Part shown: positions 53,883 to 64,000 of the stretch, piece after piece
Position numbering within the stretch: position 1 is the stretch's first letter
Layout: every line of letters starts with the position of its first letter
Source of the DNA: an uncultured Actinomycetota bacterium
GTDB taxonomy: Bacteria; Actinomycetota; Actinomycetes; Mycobacteriales; Mycobacteriaceae
NCBI GenBank assembly: GCA_963735245.1
Contig: CAVTKI010000003.1
Span: forward strand, 78,794-142,793
Length of the DNA: 64,000 bases
Direction: 5' to 3'
Position numbers and translations under genes: made by a program
Notes under the pieces: model-generated
The model's input: the letters and a program-made list of their open reading frames with translations, nothing else
The model's database searches: none
Told to the model about the DNA's origin: nothing

Positions 53883-53910
53883 TGAAGCAGCACAGGTGAA
53901 GCAGCACAGG
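53883..53910 (+). repeat. 14-bp perfect tandem duplication upstream of mmpL3
   Basis: TGAAGCAGCACAGG x2. Confidence 0.8.
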
Positions 53911-53947
53911 CCGAAAAGAACTTGAAGAAGATCAGTTAGGAGCTCAC

Positions 53948-56900
53948 GTGTTCGCCTGGTGGGGTCGAACGGTGTACCGATTCCGATACGCGGTGATCGG
54001 AGTCATGGTCGCACTGTGCCTTGGTGGCGGCATCTACGGCATCAGCCTGGGCCAGCACGTCACACAGAGTGGGTTCTACGACGACGGCAGCCAGTCGGTG
54101 CACGCGTCGGTGATCAGCGACGAGGCCTACGGCCGTGACACGTCCGGCCACATCGTCGCGATCTACACCGCGCCCGATGGCAAGACCGTCGACGATCCGG
54201 CGTTCCAGAAGAAGGTCCTGGACAACCTGGCCCAGGTCGAGAAGAACCATCCCGACCAGATTCTGCGCTCGATCGGTTACTTCAAGAGCCCCGAGCTGCT
54301 GAAGACCATGGCGGACGCCGACAAGAAGCAAGCCTTCATGTCCGTGCAGCTCAAGGGCGACAACGACGACCAGATCCTGAACAACTACAACAAGAACGTC
54401 GGCTCGGACGGCAAGACCGTCAAAGAGGCACTGAACATCGACGGCGTCAACGTTCAGCAGGCCGGCCTCCAACCGCTGGCCAGCGAGCTGACCGGCACCA
54501 TCGGCGAGGACCAGAAGCGCGCCGAGGTGGCCGCCATCCCGCTGGTCTGCGTGGTGCTGTTCTTCGTGTTCGGCACCGTGATCGCGGCCGCGCTGCCCGG
54601 GCATCATCGGCGGCCTGACCATCGCGGGCGCCCTCGGCGTCATGCGCCTGATCGCCGAGTTCATCCCCGTGCACTTCTTCGCCCAGCCGGTGGTGACCCT
54701 GATGGGGCTCGGCATCGCGGTCGACTACGGCCTGTTCATGGTGAGCCGATTCCGGGAGGAGCTCGCCGAGGGCTACGACACCGAGGCCGCCGTCCGAAGA
54801 ACGGTGATGACCTCGGGCCGCACCATCATGTTCTCCGCGGTGATCCTGGTGGCGTCCTCGGTACCACTGCTGTTGTTCCCGCAGGGCTTCCTCAAGTCGA
54901 TCACCTACGCGATCATCGCCTCGGTCATGTTGGCGGCGATCCTGTCGATCACCGTGCTGGCCGCCGCCCTGGCCATCCTCGGGCCCCGCGTCGACTCCGT
55001 CGGCGTGAAGATGCTGGTGCGTTTCGCCCAGCCCGATCCCATCGTCTCCGACCCCGCCAATCCGCGCACCAATCCCCTTGCAGTGGCCTCGATCCCGGTC
55101 GGGATCCTGCTTCCGCCGCTGGGCATCGCGTTCGGGCACATCGCCCGACACCGCATCAGGACGACCGGCGAACGCGGCGCAGGGTTGGCTCTGATCGGTT
55201 TGGTCCTCGGCTACATCAGCCTGATGTGCGCGCTCGGGTACGGAGTGATCGCCCTGCGAGACGCGGGCATCGTCGACGGTGCGCTGTACTGGATCCTGCT
55301 CGGCATCGTGATCTTCGTCGCGGTGGTCATCGCCGGACTGGCCATAGCGCGGGCCGTGCCGCTCATCCGCGGCCCGATCGTCTGGTGGCTGAACTGGCTG
55401 GCCGAGAAGACGCAGAAGACCAAGACGCGCGCCGAGGTCGAGAAGGGCTTCTGGGGCGTACTCGTCAACCGCGTGATGAAGCGCCCCGGCGCGTTCGCGC
55501 TGCCGATCGTCATCGTGATGATCATCCTGATCATTCCGCTGGGCCAGCTCGCCCTCGGCGGCATCAGCGAGAAGTACCTGCCGCCCGACAACTCGGTCCG
55601 CGTGGCGCAGGAAGAGTTCGACAAGACCTTCCCCGGATTCCGCACCGAACCACTGACGCTGGTGATCGAGAGCGACAACGGCCAGCCGGTCACCGACCAG
55701 CAGATCGCCGAAGTCCGCAACGAGGCGATGCAGATCCCCGGCTTCATCGAGCAGAACAACGATCCCTCCACCATGTGGAAGGAACGGCCGTATCTCGACG
55801 GGGCCTCCAAGGACCCGAACGTGCGGGTGATCCAGAACGGCCTCGTCACGCGCGGCGACGCCTCCAAGAAGATCGACGAGCTGCGGGCGATGTCGCCGCC
55901 GCGAGGAGTCACCGTCTCGGTGGGCGGAACTCCCGCGCTGGAACAGGACAGCATCCACAGCCTCTTCGCCAAGCTGCCACTGATGGTGGTGGTGCTGATC
56001 CTCACGACGACGATCCTGATGTTCCTGGCGTTCGGCTCGCTCGTCCTGCCGATCAAGGCCGCGTTGATGAGTGCGCTCACGCTCGGTTCCACCATGGGCA
56101 TCCTGACGTGGATGTTCGTCGACGGGCACGGCTCCGGCCTGATGAACTACACGCCGCAGCCGCTGATGGCGCCGATGATCGGGTTGATCATCGCGGTGAT
56201 CTGGGGTCTGTCGACCGACTACGAGGTGTTCCTGGTGTCCCGCATGGTGGAGGCCAGGGCCAGCGGGCATGTCCACCGCCGAAGCGATCCGCATCGGCAC
56301 CGCCACGACGGGCCGGTTGATCACCGGCGCCGCACTGGTCCTGGCGGTCGTCGCAGGCGCGTTCGTCTTCTCGGATCTGGTGATGATGAAGTACCTGGCC
56401 TTCGGCTTGCTGCTCGCGCTGCTGCTCGACGCCACGATCGTCCGCATGTTCCTGGTGCCCGCCATCATGAAGATGCTCGGCGACGACTGCTGGTGGGCGC
56501 CGCAGTGGATGAAGCGCATTCAGGAGCGGCTGGGGCTCGGTGACGTCGAACTCCCCGACGAGCGCAAACGGCCCACCGTGCGCGAGCCGGAGGAGGCCCT
56601 CGTCGGTGCGGGCGCGCCCGTGCGTCAGCGACCGCCGCACGATCCAGGACATCCGGAGAACGCCACCCGTGGCGCCACGGGTCCGGGGCGCCTGCTCCCT
56701 CCCCCACGTGCCCTCCCGCCGTCGACGGCAGGCACCACCCGCATCCCCACCTCGCCAGCCGCACAGGTCGGGGAGGCGCCGACCACCCGTTTCGCGGCGC
56801 CCAAGGATGCGGCTCCGAGCGCTGGAACAACCGGGGCGGCCAACGCGGGGGCGCCGACCACCCGCACGCCGCGGGTCGACCCCAAGCGGCCGGCGACACC

Positions 56901-57240
56901 GGCCGCGCCACCGAGCACGAGGGCGTCACGCCGGGCCGAGGCGGCGCGGGCGTCCGCGCCCAACCGCGAGATCGAGTCGTGGCTGGGTGAGCTGCGCGGC
57001 GGCAACGGCGGCGGATCGGCTCAGCCCTCAGCCGACGCGACGCGGGCGATGCCAGGGCAGCGGCCGCGGCCAGTGCAGGCGCAGCCGGTCGACGAGCCGA
57101 CCACGGCGATCCCGACCCAGCGTCCGCGGGACCCGGAAGCCACCGAGAAGATCGACACCCGTGAGGCCGCCGACGAACCCAAGCGTCGCGGCGGCGGTGT
57201 CAGCGCGGCGGATCTGCTGCGTCGCGAGGGTCGGCTCTAA
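53948..57240 (+). CDS. mmpL3: Trehalose monomycolate transporter MmpL3 (frameshifts near 54600 and 56260)
   Basis: [11 protein letters not shown] start, [19 protein letters not shown], Pro-rich tail ending DLLRREGRL; synteny. Confidence 0.93.
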
Positions 57241-58379
57241 TCCTCGGGCTTGAGGTCGTCGGATTCGCCCGCGATCGCCGGGCCCACCTCCGCCTCGAGG
57301 TGGGCCTCCTCGACCTTCGGGTCGTCGGCAAGCAGCACGCGCACCGCACTGTTGAGCACCGCGACGGTCGGTACCGCCAGCAGCGCGCCGACGATGCCCG
57401 CCAGCACGCCGCCCGCCGCGATGGCCAACACCACGGCCAGCGGGTGCACGGAGACCGCACGCCCCATCACCAGCGGCTGCAACACGTGCGCTTCGAGCTG
57501 TTGCACGGCGATGATCAGCCCGAACGTGATCAGCGCGAAGACCCAGCCCTTCGCGATCAGCGCCACGATGACGGCCAGCCCGCCGGTCAGCACGGCGCCG
57601 ACCAGCGGGATGAACGCGCCGAGGAACACCAGGGACGCCAGCGGCAGCGCCAGCGGAATGCCCATGATCGCCAGGCCCGCGCCGATGCCGACGGCGTCGA
57701 CGAGCGCCACCAGGAACGTCGCCCTGACATACCCGATCAGCGTGTGGAAGCCCGCCCGCCCGGCGTCGCGCACCCGATCGCGGACGGTCGTCGGGAAGAT
57801 CTTCGTGACGTAGGCATAGATGTGGCGGCCGCCGAGCAACAGGAAGATCAGGGTGAAGAACACCAGCAGCGCGCCGGTGAGGATCTCGGTGATGGTGCCC
57901 GCGGTCGACAGGGCACCGCTGGTCAGCTTCGCCTGGTTGTTCTTGAGGGCGTCGATGGCAGCGTCGGTCGCCCCGTTGATCTGCTCGTTGCTGAAGTGTG
58001 AGAAGACTCCGGTGGTGAGCGACTCCTTGAGACCGGTGATGCTCTTGGTGACCTGCTCGACGAGGGCGGGCGCGCCCTCGATGAACTGGCTGACCACGAA
58101 CGTCAGGATGCCGCCGACCACCACGAACCCGGTGAGCAGCACCACCAGCACCGCAGCGCCGCGGGGCAGGCCGCGTCGATCGAGAATGTCCACGATCGGC
58201 ATCAGCATCGCGGCGAGCATGGCCGCAAGCGCGACCGGGACCACGATCAACTCGAGGTGCTTGACCACCCACAGCAGCGCGAGCAACGCGGCGAGGATGA
58301 CCAGCAGTCGCCACGACCAGGCGGCGGTCTTGCGGACGATCGGATGCACCGCGGCGTCGGCCATCGAATCGATGGACAC
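57237..58379 (-). CDS. AI-2E family transporter (Rv0205-like)
   Basis: [27 protein letters not shown]. Confidence 0.9.
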   Translation of the reverse strand: MSIDSMADAAVHPIVRKTAAWSWRLLVILAALLALLWVVKHLELIVVPVALAAMLAAMLMPIVDILDRRGLPRGAAVLVVLLTGFVVVGGILTFVVSQFIEGAPALVEQVTKSITGLKESLTTGVFSHFSNEQINGATDAAIDALKNNQAKLTSGALSTAGTITEILTGALLVFFTLIFLLLGGRHIYAYVTKIFPTTVRDRVRDAGRAGFHTLIGYVRATFLVALVDAVGIGAGLAIMGIPLALPLASLVFLGAFIPLVGAVLTGGLAVIVALIAKGWVFALITFGLIIAVQQLEAHVLQPLVMGRAVSVHPLAVVLAIAAGGVLAGIVGALLAVPTVAVLNSAVRVLLADDPKVEEAHLEAEVGPAIAGESDDLKPED

Positions 58380-58495
58380 TCGGAATCTGACACCGAATCG
58401 AGCAAAGGGCCCTCTGGCATGCCGGTAGCGTAACGACTCGGCGCGCCCGTTCCGGGCATCCTCATTCGGCGAGGTGCCGCCGTTACCCTGTAGGC

Positions 58496-59680
58496 GTGTC
58501 GCACGACGCGCCGACCAGCGACGCCACCTGCCGAGAAAGCCGTCGGCGTGGCAAGTACTGGTGGGTGCGTTGGGCGATCATCGGTGTCGCGGTCGTGGTG
58601 CTCGCGGTCGAGGTGGTGCTGGTCAAGGACCAGCTGGCCAAGGCATGGGGGAGCCTACTTTCGGCAAACTGGTGGTGGGTGCTCGCCGCGGTCTTCGCCG
58701 CGCTCGGCTCGATGCACAGCTTCGCGCAGATCCAGCGCACCCTGCTGAAGTCCGCAGGCGTCGAGGTCAAGCAGTGGCGCTCCGAGGCGGCCTTCTACGC
58801 GGGCAATGCACTGTCGACGACGATGCCGGGCGGACCCGTGCTCTCGGCGACGTTCGTGTATCGGCAGCAACGACTTTGGGGCGCTTCGCCCGGTGGTGGC
58901 GTCGTGGCAGCTCGTCATGTCCGGCGTGCTGCAGGTCGTCGGCCTCGCGCTGTTCGGCCTCGCAGGCGCATTCCTGCTCGGCGCCAGCAAGAACCCGCTG
59001 TCGCTGATCTTCACGCTCGGCGGCTTCGTCGCGCTGCTGCTGCTGGCGCAGTCCGTCGCGTCCAACCCGCAGCAGATCGACGGCATCGGGGTGCGGGTGC
59101 TGTCGTGGTTCAACTCGTTGCGCGGCAAGCCCGCCGACACGGGCCTGGACAAGTGGCGCGAGATGCTGCAACAACTCGAGTCCGTCAGCCTGAGCCGTCG
59201 CGCACTCGGCGTCGCGTTCAGTTGGTCGCTGTTCAACTGGGTCGCCGACGTGGCATGCCTGGCCTTCGCCGCGTACGCCGCGGGCGGCAAGCCGTCGCTG
59301 GCGGGGTTGACGGTGGCCTACGCCGCGGCGCGCGCGGTCGGCTCGATTCCGTTGATGCCCGGCGGACTGCTGGTCGTGGAGGCCGTGCTGGTTCCCGGTC
59401 TGGTCACCAGCGGGATGACGCTGGCCTCGGCGATCTCCGCGATGCTGATCTACCGCCTGGTCAGCTGGATCTTCATCTCCGCGATCGGATGGGTGGTGTT
59501 CTTCTTCCTGTTCCGCACGGAGAAGGACGTCGATCCCGACGCGATCAGCGAGCCAACGGGAGACGAGCCCGCCGAGTTCAGCCCCGACCCGGACGCCATC
59601 TACGCCCCCGAGCGGACCGAGGACGAGCGCGGCCGCAGCCCGACCCCGAAGCCAGACGCGAGCCCGAATCCGAGCCATAG
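58496..59680 (+). CDS. YbhN / lysylphosphatidylglycerol-synthase TM family protein (Rv0204c-like), frameshift near 58890
   Basis: [22 protein letters not shown]. Confidence 0.85.
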   Translation: MSHDAPTSDATCRESRRRGKYWWVRWAIIGVAVVVLAVEVVLVKDQLAKAWGSLLSANWWWVLAAVFAALGSMHSFAQIQRTLLKSAGVEVKQWRSEAAFYAGNALSTTMPGGPVLSATFVYRQQRLWGASPGGGVVAARHVRRAAGRRPRAVRPRRRIPARRQQEPAVADLHARRLRRAAAAGAVRRVQPAADRRHRGAGAVVVQLVARQARRHGPGQVARDAATTRVRQPEPSRTRRRVQLVAVQLGRRRGMPGLRRVRRGRQAVAGGVDGGLRRGARGRLDSVDARRTAGRGGRAGSRSGHQRDDAGLGDLRDADLPPGQLDLHLRDRMGGVLLPVPHGEGRRSRRDQRANGRRARRVQPRPGRHLRPRADRGRARPQPDPEARREPESEP

Positions 59681-59689
59681 GATCGGCGC

Positions 59690-60947
59690 ATGCACCCCAG
59701 CGTCCGCGGCCTCGTCGCGCTCCTCGGCACGGCCGTCCTGGTGGCGGCGTGTTCGTCGTCGACCGAGACCACGTCGCAGTCCCCGTCCTCCGAGCCGCCG
59801 GCCACGCCGTCGATCGATGCCCAACCGGCAGCCGCCACCCCGCTTCTCGCCGAGGTGCTCGCGCCGCCCGATGCCCGTGCCCACCACCGACGGCAAGGTG
59901 CACCTGGCCTATGAACTGCAGCTCACCAACGCGATCGGGCAGGACGTGACCGTCTCGTCGGTGGCGTCAAGGCAGGCGACAAGACGCTGCTGTCCCTGGC
60001 GGGTGACCAGCTGGCGTACTGGACCCGGACACTCGGCGGCAAGGACCCCACCACGAAACTGGGCCCGGGCCAGAGCGCCATCGTCTGGCTGGACGTCGTC
60101 ATCGACGGCGCGAAGGACAGCACACCCGCTGTGCCCCAGGAACTTTCGCACACCGTCGTGGTCAACCTGACCAAGCCGACGCCACCGCTGCTGCCCGCCA
60201 CGATGACCGAGGAGGTCGCCCCGGTGACCGTCTCCACCGACGAGCCCGCCGTCATCGCCCCGCCGCTGTACGGCCCGACTGGTTGGACGGCAACAGCTGC
60301 TGCGACATGACGCCGCACCGGATGGCGATGAACCCGCTGAACGGGAAGCTCTGGGCCGCAGAACGATTCGCCATCGACTACGTGCAGCTGAGCCCCGACG
60401 GCACCATCTACCACGGCGACCGGTCCAAACCCGAGAGCTACCCGTACTTCGGCGCCGACATCCACGCCGTGGCCGACGGTCCCGTCGTCGCGGTGCTCGA
60501 CGGCCTGCCCGAGCAGGTGCCTGGCCAGACCCCGACGGGGCTGCCACTCGAGCAGTACGGCGGCAACCACATCGTGCAGGACATCAGCGATGGACGGCAA
60601 CCACTACTACGCCTTCTACGCGCACCTCAAGACGGGCTCGGTCAAGGTCAAGCCGGGCGATCAGCTCACCACCGGGCAGGTGATCGGCAACCTCGGCAAC
60701 ACCGGCAACACCGACGCACCGCACCTGCACTTCCACGTGATGAGCACGCCCGACCCGCTGCATGGCCAACGGGATTCCGTTCGAGTTCAAGTCGTTCAAG
60801 CTCGACGGCCGACTCGCGTCGATGGACGGCCTCGGCAACCTGCTCGACGACGGCACCGCGGCGCCGATGCAGCCCGGATTCACCGCACGGGACGAGACGA
60901 ATGTCAGCCCACTGGTGCTCGACGTGATGACCTATGCCGCCGGGTAG
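59690..60947 (+). CDS. M23 family peptidase lipoprotein, frameshifted
   Basis: Lipobox VAAC; ERFAIDY, AVADG, YAHL, GNTGNTDAPHLHF. Confidence 0.85.
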
Positions 60948-61310
60948 CGCCACACGGGTGCGGCCCGCGGTGGCGGTGCTCGCCGACGTGGTCTGCGTGA
61001 TCGTGTTCTGCACCATCGGTCGGCGCAGTCACGCCGAGGGCATCACCGTCGCGGGCGTCGTCGAGACGGCATGGCCGTTCCTGGCGGGCACCGCCGTGGG
61101 GTGGCTGGCGGTACGTGGCTGGCGCCGCCCGACCACGCTCGCACCGACGGGGCTGGTCATCTGGCTCGTGCACCGTGGTCGATCGGAATGTTGTTGCGCA
61201 AGGCGACATCTCAGGGAACCGCGCTCAGCTTCGTGGTGGTCGCTTCGCTAGTGACCGCCATCCTGCTACTTGGGTGGCGCGCCGCCGTATCGGCCCTTGC
61301 TCGGCGCTGA
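60934..61310 (+). CDS. DUF3054-like small membrane protein, frameshifted
   Basis: DVVCVIVFCTIGRRSH, TAWPFLAG, GMLLR, LLLGWR. Confidence 0.75.
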
Positions 61311-62657
61311 CCGGCTCGACTGTCGTCCGGATCCTGTTCGGGCGCAGGCGAACTCGTCACCGTCAAGGTCGCCCGCAAGCCACCCAACGGCCCGTCGGAC
61401 AGCTCGATGCTCCCGCCGTGCAACGTCGCCTGCTGCGCCACCAGGGCAAGCCCCAGCCCCGACCCACCGGGAGCCGCCGTGCTCCCCCTGGCGAACCGGC
61501 CCATCACCGTCTCGCGTTCGTCGGCGGGCAGCCCGCGGCCGTTGTCGTCGACGATGATCGTCAGCACGTCGCCGGTTCGCGTGTGCTGCCAACGTGATCC
61601 GGGTTGCCGCACCGTGCGCTCTGGCGTTGCGCACCAGGTTGTCGACGGCCAGTCGCAGGCCGCCGGGCCACCCCCAGATCGAGCCGATGTCCTCGGCCTC
61701 CACCACGATCTCGACCGCACCGCCGACGCGTGCATTCTCACGCGCCACCCGGTCCAGCATGTCCGTGACGTCGATCAACTCGCGATCCTCGATCTGGGCC
61801 AGCTGACCCGACGCCAGTTGACCGAGCGCGGTGATGATCGCCTCGACGCGGCGCTGAGCGCGCAGCAGGTCGCCCACCACCTCCTCGCGTTCCTCGGCGG
61901 GCAGGTCGTGAATCCGCAGGGTGTCCAGGTCGGCGCGCATCGCGGTCAGCGGGGTGCGCAGCTCGTGTGCGGCGTTGGCCGCGAAGTCCTGCGCCGCCTG
62001 CAGCGAGTTCGTGGTGGCCTGCTGGGCGGCAGCGAGCCGGTCGAGCATGCCTGCCATCGCGTCGGACAACTCCTCGGCCTCCCTGGCCCCCGTCACGGCC
62101 TCCATGGTGTCGGTGCCCTTGCCGAGCCGCATGGTCTGCGCGGTCAGCCTGCGCAGTGGCCGGATCGCCGGGCCTGCCAGCAGCCAGCCGAGTCCCGCCG
62201 CGATCAGGACCGTCGCCACCCCGACGGCCGTGTACACCGGGATCCTGGCCGGGTTGAGCAGAATGCTGTCGGCGCGGATGCCGACCGACATGATCACGCC
62301 GCCCTGCTGGTCCATCGGAATCGTGCGCACCCGGTATTCGACATCGTTGACCAGGACGTTCTCCGTGCCGGGCTCCAACCGCGGCAACTGAAGTCCCCGC
62401 TGGAACACCACCTGGCCCGACGAGCGCGCCCGACCGGTGGTCAGCACCCCGCGGCTCGGATCACTGAGCTGCTCGGGGTACATGCTCGCGTCGACGATGG
62501 AGTCCAGCCGCCGGTCCAGTTGCTCGGCGTCGTTGCTGGCCAAGACCACCGACGTCAGGACCGTGAACACCGCGACGACGGCCGAGGCCGCCGCGGCCGA
62601 CGCCAGCGCCACCCGCGTACGCAGCGAGGCGGACCGGCCGAACCGAGGGAGTCGCAC
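61211..62657 (-). CDS. Sensor histidine kinase (PrrB-like), frameshift near 61590
   Basis: HAMP region, AAHELRTPL, NLVRNA, DDNGRG, GSGLGL. Confidence 0.88.
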
Positions 62658-63416
<759 letters not shown>

Positions 63417-63421
63417 GGGGA

Positions 63422-63811
63422 TTAAGGAATTGCGGGCGCCGGCGCAGCTCCGCAGCGATTCTTCAGATCGAGCAGCGGCTGACGGATACCCGTCAGGTCT
63501 GCCTTCACCATCGGGTTGTCATCCATGTACTTGGCGACCTCGGTCCGAACCTGATCCCGCGGAAGGCCCTCGAGGCTGGTGAAGAACCAGTTCACGTCCG
63601 GGTGGGTGAAGAGGTACACCGAGGTTCCCGCCGAGACGCCGGACGCGACCTGCGCAAGGTCGCCTGCGGTGCAGTTGGGCGGGTTCAGGGCCGGGTCATC
63701 GGCCATGGCGGACGGGATCGCGCCGAACAGCATCGCACCGGCGAATGCACCGGCGCCCAAGGCGCCAGCAACCGCACGCCGCCCAGTACGCATCGAGACC
63801 AGCATGGTCAA
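63422..63811 (-). CDS. Secreted heme-binding protein (Rv0203-like hemophore)
   Basis: Signal peptide, [21 protein letters not shown]...RC. Confidence 0.85.
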   Translation of the reverse strand: MTMLVSMRTGRRAVAGALGAGAFAGAMLFGAIPSAMADDPALNPPNCTAGDLAQVASGVSAGTSVYLFTHPDVNWFFTSLEGLPRDQVRTEVAKYMDDNPMVKADLTGIRQPLLDLKNRCGAAPAPAIP

Positions 63812-64000
63812 GCTCCTTCATCGAAAGCGGAGAGGCCGTAACCACGAGCGGTTACCGACATCGAAAAGCTAAGCAGAATCTGTGACGACTTTCTTGCCTT
63901 GCGCTGAACCAGTCACGAGAAACCCTGAATGCCCAGTTCAGGGTGCCTGGCACGGCGCGGCCGGCGCGGCGCTGCGGGCTAACCCGAGGTGGCCATCGAG

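Overview
High-GC actinobacterial DNA, almost certainly Mycobacterium/Mycolicibacterium. The backbone follows the conserved lipC/WS-DGAT ... MaoC-fadE3 ... fadD4 ... pckA - Rv0210/Rv0209-like - trmB - NYN - mmpL3 - AI-2E - Rv0204c-like - two-component pair - Rv0203-like hemophore region. The sequence carries many single-base indels, even in the essential mmpL3, so most frameshifts look like uncorrected long-read errors and many genes were reconstructed across frames. Three accessory blocks interrupt the backbone. (1) ~10.2-20.4 kb: a conflict/defence-like island with an MBL-fold hydrolase, a large CHAT (His/Cys) protease, a divergent caspase-family protease followed by a small RyR-domain-like protein, a convergent TIR-TM-WD40 protein and an AAA-LuxR regulator. 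(2) ~20.4-27.5 kb: an aminophosphonate uptake/catabolism cluster with a PhnF-type operator. (3) ~37.1-45.1 kb: three tandem, translationally coupled class III cyclase-STAND ATPase-helical sensor genes followed by a P450. Also seen: a yybP-ykoY riboswitch, a perfect CRP site, a DUF4190-like membrane insertion inside MmpL3 and a 311-nt nearly T-free block. All family assignments come from motif recognition only; no searches were run.
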